DNA from: a virus
Taxonomy: Duplodnaviria > Caudoviricetes
Strand: one strand, 5' to 3'
IMG/VR virus record: IMGVR_UViG_3300050821_003357
Coordinates: 1,306-65,305 of that record
DNA length: 64,000 nt
Shown here: positions 57,223 to 64,000 of the stretch, piece after piece
Position numbering within the stretch: the stretch's first letter is position 1
Layout of the letters: each line of letters begins with the position of its first letter
Notes under the pieces: model-generated
Database searches by the model: none
The model's input: the letters and a program-made list of their open reading frames with translations, nothing else
What the model was told of the DNA's origin: nothing
Position numbers and translations under genes: made by a program

Positions 57223-57276
57223 ATGTTGGCATTACCAACACAGCTTGTCAAGCGCCGATGTTTGCATTTCCAACAT
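57223..57276 (-). promoter_or_regulatory. PL promoter with two 19-bp operators
   Basis: ATGTTGGCATTACCAACAC (57223-57241), ATGTTTGCATTTCCAACAT (57258-57276); TTGACA-N17-CAACAT. Confidence 0.8.
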
Positions 57277-57361
57277 GCGGCGGAAAGTCGCGCAGCCGTT
57301 AACCCTTCACCGTGACGGTTTGCGATACGTTAGGCGGCAATCAATTAAAGAGGGCGGGGCG

Positions 57362-57868
57362 GTGACCGCAGACGAACAAAGAGAATTGGCCGAAATGCTC
57401 GCGGAAATGGGCTACGATCGGGCTACCCGAACGTGGAATCAGCCGATCATCGAGCATCGTAAATGGTCGGTGCGAGTCGGTAAAAATATCGTGATGGGCG
57501 CGGCTTGCATCGGGGCGGCATGGCTGATCACATCGGCGCTCCCCGGACCTCCCCATCTGCCGATCGGCTTGGCCCCATTTTTCTTAGGTGTGGCGCTCGC
57601 GGCGAAGCTGGGATGCCGGAAAACCGGATGGTATGCCTTCGGGCTGGCGCTTCCGGCATTCTATATGGACGCAAGCGTCGCGTGCTTGCCGTGGATCGCG
57701 CTCGCGATCGCCACCCTAGCGGTGATAGCCTCTATTAGGAGCCGGAGGGATCGTCCGGGGCGCGATCCAAGGCGTCAATCAACAGTCCCGGCACGGTCGC
57801 CATCGTCACCTTCTTTCCGGCTTGATGGGCCTCCTTCAGCGCCGTTTGGATCGACGACAGGCGCTTAG
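57362..57868 (+). CDS. multi-TM membrane protein in immunity region
   Basis: About four hydrophobic segments; between PL and cI. Confidence 0.6.
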   Translation: MTADEQRELAEMLAEMGYDRATRTWNQPIIEHRKWSVRVGKNIVMGAACIGAAWLITSALPGPPHLPIGLAPFFLGVALAAKLGCRKTGWYAFGLALPAFYMDASVACLPWIALAIATLAVIASIRSRRDRPGRDPRRQSTVPARSPSSPSFRLDGPPSAPFGSTTGA

Positions 57869-58199
57869 AATATAGCGCCGGATCAAGACCATGATCCGAC
57901 CCTAGAAAGCGCACGGCCAGCTCAAGAAACTGCTCCGGTGTGGTTGCTGGCGTTTCGTTTGTCTGGCGCATGGCGGCCGTCAGATCATCCAAGCTAGTCT
58001 CGTAATAGGCCGCTAGGGCGATTAGCGTCTCTCTACCGGGCGGGTCTCGACCTCGCTCGATGTTGGTTAGGGTAGGCCGCGCAATCCCGATCCCTTCCGC
58101 CGCTTCGGCTTGGGTAATCCCTTTCTTTTTGCGTAAGCCCTTGACGACTTTGCCTAGCGCCACCGCTCCCGTCTGATCCATCTCCGCAAGGTAACTCAT
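57735..58199 (-). CDS. CI-like repressor (XRE HTH)
   Basis: LRKKKGITQAEAAEGIGIARPTLTNIERG; divergent from cro. Confidence 0.85.
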   Translation of the reverse strand: MSYLAEMDQTGAVALGKVVKGLRKKKGITQAEAAEGIGIARPTLTNIERGRDPPGRETLIALAAYYETSLDDLTAAMRQTNETPATTPEQFLELAVRFLGSDHGLDPALYSKRLSSIQTALKEAHQAGKKVTMATVPGLLIDALDRAPDDPSGS

Positions 58200-58212
58200 C
58201 CGCGAGAATCGC

Positions 58213-58277
58213 GGGTTGGTTGACCAAACAAAATTTTGGGGAACAGGCTTGACGCCGAATGTTTGCGGTGCCAACAT
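58213..58277 (+). promoter_or_regulatory. PR promoter with operators
   Basis: ATGTTTGCGGTGCCAACAT (58259-58277), weaker site 58213-58231; TTGACG-N17-CAACAT. Confidence 0.8.
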
Positions 58278-58285
58278 AGGGCACG

Positions 58286-58489
58286 GTGGAAATTCAAGAC
58301 ATCATCGATGTAGCTGGCGGCCTCAGACGGCTCGGCGATGCCGTAGGGGTGGATCATTCCACCGTCTCAGGATGGAAGCGGGTTGGTCGTATCCCCGTGC
58401 ATCGCGCCCGTAGAATTCATGAAGTGCTGAAGATTCCGCTGCACGAAATCAGACCGGATATTTGGCCGCCTGCAGAAGCGGCGGAGTAG
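58286..58489 (+). CDS. cro: Cro-like repressor
   Basis: GGLRRLGDAVGVDHSTVSGW..GRIP, IRPDIW. Confidence 0.85.
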   Translation: MEIQDIIDVAGGLRRLGDAVGVDHSTVSGWKRVGRIPVHRARRIHEVLKIPLHEIRPDIWPPAEAAE

Positions 58490-58532
58490 GGAGGACGTAG
58501 CCATGCCGAGTTTACCGTGGGATATCGTCGGC

Positions 58533-58757
58533 TTAGTGACGATTATGTACTTGGCGCTGGCGGCGCTTCTCTGGCTGACTGTCCTTAGACGGCAGCCTCC
58601 AGTCGTCAGCGCGGCGGTCGTTACGGCGGTTTATCGCGGCTTGCGCCAGCACCACAACCCCGCAAAACGCGATTAGTCCAGACACCGTCAGCGATATCCG
58701 GCGCAATGCATCCGCATCAATCCAATCTAGCATCGTTACCGACCTTTGAGAGAGCAA
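58533..58757 (-). CDS. small 1-TM protein
   Basis: One hydrophobic helix; antisense; start uncertain. Confidence 0.4.
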   Translation of the reverse strand: MLSQRSVTMLDWIDADALRRISLTVSGLIAFCGVVVLAQAAINRRNDRRADDWRLPSKDSQPEKRRQRQVHNRH

Positions 58758-58853
58758 TTCGGAGCCGCTGGGCGAGTGTTTGCGCGCCTGTCCAGCGGCT
58801 CCTTTTCCATTCTGTTCAGTTCATCGACCACGCCACGAAAATAGGCAGGGACG

Positions 58854-59231
58854 ATGAGCAGGCAATTCACGCAAAACGAGAAAAAATTGCTTAACGACCA
58901 AATGGTTATACGGGCGATGTGCCCGAGGGATACCGTCAAGTGGTTGGCGCAGTTGATGAGCATATCGCTACACGCCGCGCGAGTTTGGGCGGAGAGGACC
59001 GTGCCAGTCTACCGCCGCGAGGAGTTCGGTCTGAGGCTTCTCGAAGAGTACTACAGGCAAGACAAACATCGGAAAGAGACGATCCTTCCGGCGATACTCA
59101 AAATGGCGGGACTAGCGTATGAAGGGGAAAGCGTTCCTGAAGAGGACGGCGTTGCTGCCGATACTACGACTAATATCATTCGCGCTCTGCAAGCTAGAGT
59201 GGAGGCGGCAATTGATTGGCTTGAGGAATAA
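58854..59231 (+). CDS. CII-position HTH-like protein
   Basis: TVKWLAQLMSISLHAARVW; follows cro. Confidence 0.55.
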   Translation: MSRQFTQNEKKLLNDQMVIRAMCPRDTVKWLAQLMSISLHAARVWAERTVPVYRREEFGLRLLEEYYRQDKHRKETILPAILKMAGLAYEGESVPEEDGVAADTTTNIIRALQARVEAAIDWLEE

Positions 59232-59250
59232 ACGCCGCCCTTTTTGAGAT

Positions 59251-59337
59251 CCGCGCCGTTGCTCACTAGCGGCGCGGTGGCCCGAGAGCTGTGTGTCCCC
59301 CGGCACTGCGGTTCCCCCAACCGCCCGCTCTCGGGCC
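59251..59337 (+). ncRNA. structured intergenic RNA with C-rich loops
   Basis: 10-bp hairpin then 11-bp stem enclosing two C4-C5-loop hairpins. Confidence 0.5.
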
Positions 59338-59502
59338 TTCTATTACCATTGAGGAAATGCCAATGACGACCCTGTGGAACATCTGCGCGTGGACCGGCCT
59401 CATCTGGTGGTTCTGCGCGGTCATTGGAATTGTCGGGGTCGTCCTGATGACATTCGGTCGTGACGAATACGGCGAGATGTTTCCAGTCGAGGAGGATTCG
59501 GA

Positions 59503-60489
59503 ATGAGTAAGTCTACTCTGGCAATTGGCAACAAGATATGGGCCGACCGTATCAATAGCGCTTGGCAATCGTCTATCGACGGCATTTTTGAGGCCGGGAG
59601 ATTAGTTGCTAAGGCGAAAGCCGAACTCGCGCCAAGTGACTTTGATGACCTCATAGAGAAGCGACTCCGATTCTCCGCGAGTGTAGCGCGTAGGTTGATT
59701 ATCGTCGCCGCAGACGAGAGGCTGCGTGCACATGTGCACATTCTCCCCCCTCATTGGAGCACGATATACGAGCTAACAAAACTCGAAGACGATGAACTCG
59801 ATCAAGGGGTTAAGGACGGCACGATCCGCCCCGACATGGAGCGGAAAGACGTTCCGAAGCGGCGCAAGGAATCCCCGCTGGGGGATGCGGTCTCCGTGAC
59901 AGCCGACAGCGCGATTCCTCCCGTCGCTGTTGACGCCTGCCAAGCAACGCCGCACGACGACGCGAAGGCGGGCGATAGCGTCGTCACTGCTGATCGCCAT
60001 GCGGACCACTGGCGGGCGTCTCGCGCGAGGGACGCAGTTCCGCACGACGACAGCGAAGGCGGAGATAGCGTCGTCACTGCCGAGCCCGGTGGGGAACCGT
60101 TTCCTACTCCTCCCGAAGTCCCTCCGATATGTGATGCATGCGGCGGTAGACACTTCCCTGATGAGTTTCACACCACTGGACTACGTGAAGGAGCCGGCAA
60201 AGAACGGCAAGCAACAACCGCAGCTCCCTGGCCCGCCAGCGCCAAGCCGGGAATGGTCGCCTATTACGTCGAGGCGGATAACCCCGCGAGCGCGCTGGCC
60301 AACGGGCTGTCAATGGCGATGACGGCCAGTCGTGACCTCGATCCGCTGGGCGCAGCGACTCATTATCCGGAAGACATGCCGCTATTGTCAGACGACCTCC
60401 TAGATTTCGCATTGTGGTTGCGCGAGTTCCACGAGGTGTTCCGCGCACGCTACGGAAACGGCAATGACGCGGCACTAGCTGCGGAGTGA
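59503..60489 (+). CDS. DUF3102-like protein with internal PHDD..GDSVVTA repeat
   Basis: I.EAGR...AKAEL, LPPHWSTIYELTKL; about 40-bp near-duplicate near 59951 and 60041. Confidence 0.65.
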   Translation: MSKSTLAIGNKIWADRINSAWQSSIDGIFEAGRLVAKAKAELAPSDFDDLIEKRLRFSASVARRLIIVAADERLRAHVHILPPHWSTIYELTKLEDDELDQGVKDGTIRPDMERKDVPKRRKESPLGDAVSVTADSAIPPVAVDACQATPHDDAKAGDSVVTADRHADHWRASRARDAVPHDDSEGGDSVVTAEPGGEPFPTPPEVPPICDACGGRHFPDEFHTTGLREGAGKERQATTAAPWPASAKPGMVAYYVEADNPASALANGLSMAMTASRDLDPLGAATHYPEDMPLLSDDLLDFALWLREFHEVFRARYGNGNDAALAAE

Positions 60490-60501
60490 GGGAAAGTCGA
60501 A

Positions 60502-60777
60502 ATGGCTGACGACCCAGCAATCATTCAGTACGGCCGCACGCTTGTGCCAAACTATTCGTCTATAGAATACATAGAATGCCTAATCAGAGCGTTCAAAACA
60601 AACAACGCAAATTTTATAACTCTCGATAGCCATCCGATCAATCAGCGTTTCGTCTCCGCCTGCGCCGCATGGGCGATAGATGGCGGCCTGCTTTACAATG
60701 ACCGCAACGAAGATGACGGACAGTCGGTTGTTTCTTCCTTTCGCCTCACAGATAAAGGTAAAGAAGTAATCCTATGA
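60502..60777 (+). CDS. hypothetical protein
   Basis: Ends FRLTDKGKE (winged-helix-like). Confidence 0.55.
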   Translation: MADDPAIIQYGRTLVPNYSSIEYIECLIRAFKTNNANFITLDSHPINQRFVSACAAWAIDGGLLYNDRNEDDGQSVVSSFRLTDKGKEVIL

Positions 60778-60956
60778 TCGTCGGCCCATTTCCATTCCTC
60801 GGTCATCGCATACTAGCGGAGGTCGCAAAGACCGAACGTTTGCGAGATTTGGCCCAGATCAAAGGTCGCCGATTTTCAAAATTCGAAATGCGATTGCTTG
60901 AGGCGTTTACTGCACTGGAGCGCGCGAACAACCCACCGCCCGACAACGCAGCTTAA
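60774..60956 (+). CDS. small hypothetical protein
   Basis: ATGA overlap. Confidence 0.45.
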   Translation: MIVGPFPFLGHRILAEVAKTERLRDLAQIKGRRFSKFEMRLLEAFTALERANNPPPDNAA

Positions 60957-60966
60957 TGGAGTAGAA

Positions 60967-61287
60967 ATGGCACGCAATCTAAAGAGTAACGGGCCAGGGC
61001 ATAATATCGGAGCGGCGGAGAAGCCGTATTTCGACCGACTGGTTGCGATCGAAACGCACATCAGAGCGTTGCGAGAAGACCGCAAAGTAATCAAGACCGA
61101 AGCGCGCGAAGCCGATGTTAAAGTCGGGCCATTGGACTTAGCCGTTAAATTGTACTTGGAATCTGACGAGGCACGTGTTGCGCGTGAGGAAAAGGAGGCT
61201 GAGGCCGAGCGCATCCTGCGAGCGCTCGGGGAGTTCGTTCACACCCCATTGGGCGAGGCTGCAGTACAGGCTGCCGAGCACGCATGA
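60967..61287 (+). CDS. GapR/DUF2312-like DNA-binding protein
   Basis: DRLVAIE....L.ED.K.IK.EA, ALG. Confidence 0.65.
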   Translation: MARNLKSNGPGHNIGAAEKPYFDRLVAIETHIRALREDRKVIKTEAREADVKVGPLDLAVKLYLESDEARVAREEKEAEAERILRALGEFVHTPLGEAAVQAAEHA

Positions 61288-61487
61288 CCGCATCAGAACG
61301 ATTGACCGCCGCGCTTGAACAAGCCGGTGCTCCGAGCGTGATGATCGCCAATGCGCGGCGCGGGCATTACGGGGATTTCACTTCGGAGCTTCCCTTGCCG
61401 ATTACTCAGCTGGTCGCAGATGCGGGTGCTGCAGGACTGGATGACATCGTGCGCCGCGCGATGAACGGCGATTTCGACGGCGAATGA
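61284..61487 (+). CDS. small hypothetical protein
   Basis: GHYGDFTS..P.P; RAMNGDFD. Confidence 0.6.
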   Translation: MTASERLTAALEQAGAPSVMIANARRGHYGDFTSELPLPITQLVADAGAAGLDDIVRRAMNGDFDGE

Positions 61488-62074
61488 TCCTGGCGCTAGA
61501 TCCTAGCCGAGTAATGGGATGGGCGGCGGCTGAGCCCGGTGGTCCACTGGAATTCGGTCATCATGTGCTTGCCAAGCGCGGCAGTCGTCCGGGACAGGTC
61601 GGAATGGAGCTGGCGAAGTGGTTGCCGGATTTGATCGCGACAACATATCCACGCCTGATCGTCTACGAGCAACCATTTACCTCGCCCAACTTTCAGACGG
61701 ACTTTGTCTTAAAGGGCATTGGATTTACAATCGACACCATTGCAGAGACGCTGAGGATAGACTACTACTCGGTACTGGCACTGGAGGCCACGAAAGCATT
61801 GACTGGCCGCGCAAAGTTTCCCGGTAAAGACTACACTGAGCGCCGCAAAGCAAAGAAGCTGGCGACAGTGGAAGCGTGCCGCGCTAGAGGCTGGGATGCG
61901 ACCGAGGACGAAGCCGACGCCATTGCAATACTGTTGCTCGCGGAATCAAAGCGGTTCCCGGAAGCGGCACTGAGCCGGCCGCGGGTGCTGAAAGTCCCAA
62001 AGGGACCGCTGTTCGAAGAGCTGTTTGAAAAGGCTCGGGAAGTCCGTCCGAAACCACGAATGATCGTGACGTAA
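61484..62074 (+). CDS. RuvC-like Holliday junction resolvase
   Basis: MILALDPS..MGWA, IVYEQP, DEADAIAI. Confidence 0.8.
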   Translation: MILALDPSRVMGWAAAEPGGPLEFGHHVLAKRGSRPGQVGMELAKWLPDLIATTYPRLIVYEQPFTSPNFQTDFVLKGIGFTIDTIAETLRIDYYSVLALEATKALTGRAKFPGKDYTERRKAKKLATVEACRARGWDATEDEADAIAILLLAESKRFPEAALSRPRVLKVPKGPLFEELFEKAREVRPKPRMIVT

Positions 62075-62129
62075 CAAAATCGCTGCCGCCGAGTGTGCGC
62101 CCGGCGACAGCTTTTAAGGAGAAACACGG

Positions 62130-62648
62130 ATGAGCTTGAGCGTCTCTCCAAATGTTGTTTCGATCCCGGATGTCAAGGTGCAGTCCGACTTTTGGACCGA
62201 TGATCGGGTTAGAGAATTGCGCCGATACATATCGGAGGATCGTTTATTTGCGTCGCAGGCGGCTTCGTTGCTGGGCTGCACCAAAAATATGGTGATCGGC
62301 AAGTGCAACCGAATGAAGATAGCGATCCCACTGAAACGGCGAGCTATTATCACTCTGGATCAGCGCCGACAAAACACCCGCGAGCGCAATAGATTATACC
62401 GCAAGCGCATCAAAAAAGAGCGCGAGCTTAGACACATTGAGAATGTGCACACTGGGCGGTGGGCCGAATCGCCAACATTAAATCCATTTCCCGCGCTAGG
62501 TTGTTGCCTGTTCGGCTGTGGTGATCCCGGCGAACCTGGATTCCATTTCTGCGGCGAGCCGAATCTTCCAGGGAAAGCCTACTGTGCTGTGCATTGTGCT
62601 AGCGCCTACGTAAAGCCTGCCGACTCCGATCGAGTGGTGGCGCTCTAA
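62130..62648 (+). CDS. gcrA: GcrA-like cell cycle regulator
   Basis: WTDDRV..L, ASQ.A..LG.TKN.VIGK..R, GDP....FHFCG, YC..H...AY. Confidence 0.88.
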   Translation: MSLSVSPNVVSIPDVKVQSDFWTDDRVRELRRYISEDRLFASQAASLLGCTKNMVIGKCNRMKIAIPLKRRAIITLDQRRQNTRERNRLYRKRIKKERELRHIENVHTGRWAESPTLNPFPALGCCLFGCGDPGEPGFHFCGEPNLPGKAYCAVHCASAYVKPADSDRVVAL

Positions 62649-62791
62649 TGCCGCAAGACCGCGCGCGTGATGACTGGCTCGGCTGGATACAGCAATTCCT
62701 TGAGGAGCGCATTGATGATGCGCCCGATGAGACGTGCAAGACCTTCGCTAAGAACCTTTGGGATATGACGGCAGAGTTTCCTGATGACTGA
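62648..62791 (+). CDS. small hypothetical protein
   Basis: 47 aa, TAATG overlap. Confidence 0.45.
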   Translation: MPQDRARDDWLGWIQQFLEERIDDAPDETCKTFAKNLWDMTAEFPDD

Positions 62792-63143
62792 TCCCGCAAT
62801 AGAGTTGACTGCAGTGCGCCAGTCGGGTAGTAACGGGGCGCGGCGATCTGGTGCTCGCACTGGTATCGCTGTAGCATTGGTCACATTTTGTCCTCCCAAC
62901 TTGGCGGCCGGGAAAACCGAGCCGCCACATCTTTTACGAGATTCCGCGGTCGGGCGTCTGGACTCCAGACGAGGAGCTTACGAGCATTCCCGACCAACTC
63001 AGCGAGCAGAGCCGGGCGAGACTGCCCCACCGGGGGCATCCCGGCTCATCGCCGATCTCCCAGACAACTGGCGCGAACTCGATTCCTACGCCTCGTGGCT
63101 GGAAGCGTGCGCAGAGATGCGGCGTAAGGCTGGCGGCAAATGA
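62784..63143 (+). CDS. hypothetical protein overlapping RNA hairpins
   Basis: 119-aa ORF. Confidence 0.4.
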   Translation: MTDPAIELTAVRQSGSNGARRSGARTGIAVALVTFCPPNLAAGKTEPPHLLRDSAVGRLDSRRGAYEHSRPTQRAEPGETAPPGASRLIADLPDNWRELDSYASWLEACAEMRRKAGGK

Positions 63144-63261
63144 TCTGCGACTACTGTTGCAACGGGTCTGCTCTTTGCCACGGCTGGCGCAGGCTGCTCC
63201 ATAAGTGGCTCGCATGGAGATATCGACGCCGCTTTCCTCGTAATAAGCCTGATAATCAAGG

Positions 63262-64000
63262 ATGACTGTGCGGATCATCACCGGGCATGTGCTCTCGGCG
63301 CTGGCGAATTTGCCAGACGAGAGCGTGCATTGCGTGGTGACCAGTCCTCCGTATCTGGGGTTGCGCGATTACGGGATAGAGCCGCAGGTGTGGGATGGTG
63401 ATCCGGGGTGCGAGCACGATTTCCCGAACACGACACCGGATCGACAGAAGGCTGGCGCGAAACGCCCAGAATTGACTGGCGGTGGTTGCGCAACATGGTC
63501 GACAAGGGATTGCACTACCACGCCCGGCGGCGGCGCATTCTGCCACAACTGCAACGCCTGGCGCGGCTCATTGGGACTGGAGCCCACGCCTGCACTCTAC
63601 ATCGAGCACATGGTCACCGTCTTTCGCGAGGTCCGACGCGTGATGCGGCGGGATGGGACATTGTGGCTCAATATCGGGGATAGCTACGCGGGCACCAAAG
63701 GCTTTCGCCCAGAGCACGCTGCAACGTCGACATTGAGCGGCGGCAAGAACCATATCGGTCTAGGTCGCGGCTCTCCAATACCAGAGGGGGTCAAACCCAA
63801 AGACCTCCTCGGCATTCCCTGGATGCTGGCCTTCGCGCTCCGCGACGATGGCTGGTGGCTGAGGTCCGAGATCACCTGGGCAAAACGCGCGCCAATGCCG
63901 GAGAGCTGCACCGACCGCCCGACCAGCGCAACCGAGAAGGTGTTTCTGCTGACGAAGAGCGGATCGCCGACATACTGGGCGCACCGGGATCACGCCGGCA
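63262..64000 (+). CDS. N4-C/N6-A DNA methyltransferase (beta class), truncated by window end
   Basis: MTVRIITGHVL..LPDESVHCVVTSPPYLGLRDY, RVMRRDGTLWLNIGDSY, KDLLGIPW. Confidence 0.92.
   Translation, partial: MTVRIITGHVLSALANLPDESVHCVVTSPPYLGLRDYGIEPQVWDGDPGCEHDFPNTTPDRQKAGAKRPELTGGGCATWSTRDCTTTPGGGAFCHNCNAWRGSLGLEPTPALYIEHMVTVFREVRRVMRRDGTLWLNIGDSYAGTKGFRPEHAATSTLSGGKNHIGLGRGSPIPEGVKPKDLLGIPWMLAFALRDDGWWLRSEITWAKRAPMPESCTDRPTSATEKVFLLTKSGSPTYWAHRDHAG

Noticed and set aside
1-64000. Stop-codon reassignment
   Set aside because: Core genes are intact under the standard code and TAA, TAG and TGA all end genes

Overview
Most of a temperate-type tailed phage genome of an alphaproteobacterial host (GcrA- and GapR-like genes); both ends fall in the replication/methylase region. 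Order: helicase; a small leftward accessory operon containing a type III hammerhead ribozyme; late regulator; terminases; head genes; a podovirus-like tail (adaptor, nozzle, three ejection proteins, no tape measure); lysis genes; leftward recombination operon (Xis, exonuclease, ERF); CI/Cro switch with 19-bp operators; GapR, RuvC, GcrA and a DNA methylase. Most unusual: (1) about 11 fibre/adhesin-like late proteins carry Sec-type signal peptides and several are Cys-rich, with a possible donor-strand arrangement, suggesting an exported appendage system; (2) the portal is split into two genes 1.1 kb apart; (3) a hammerhead ribozyme encloses an RBS and start codon; (4) a 135-nt CCA-ending tRNA-like RNA lies in the lysis cassette; (5) attP-like site and xis with no integrase in the window; (6) late glycosyltransferases next to a mucin-like repeat protein; (7) many small genes flanked by duplicated gene starts. 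All family calls are by-eye motif recognition, not database searches.
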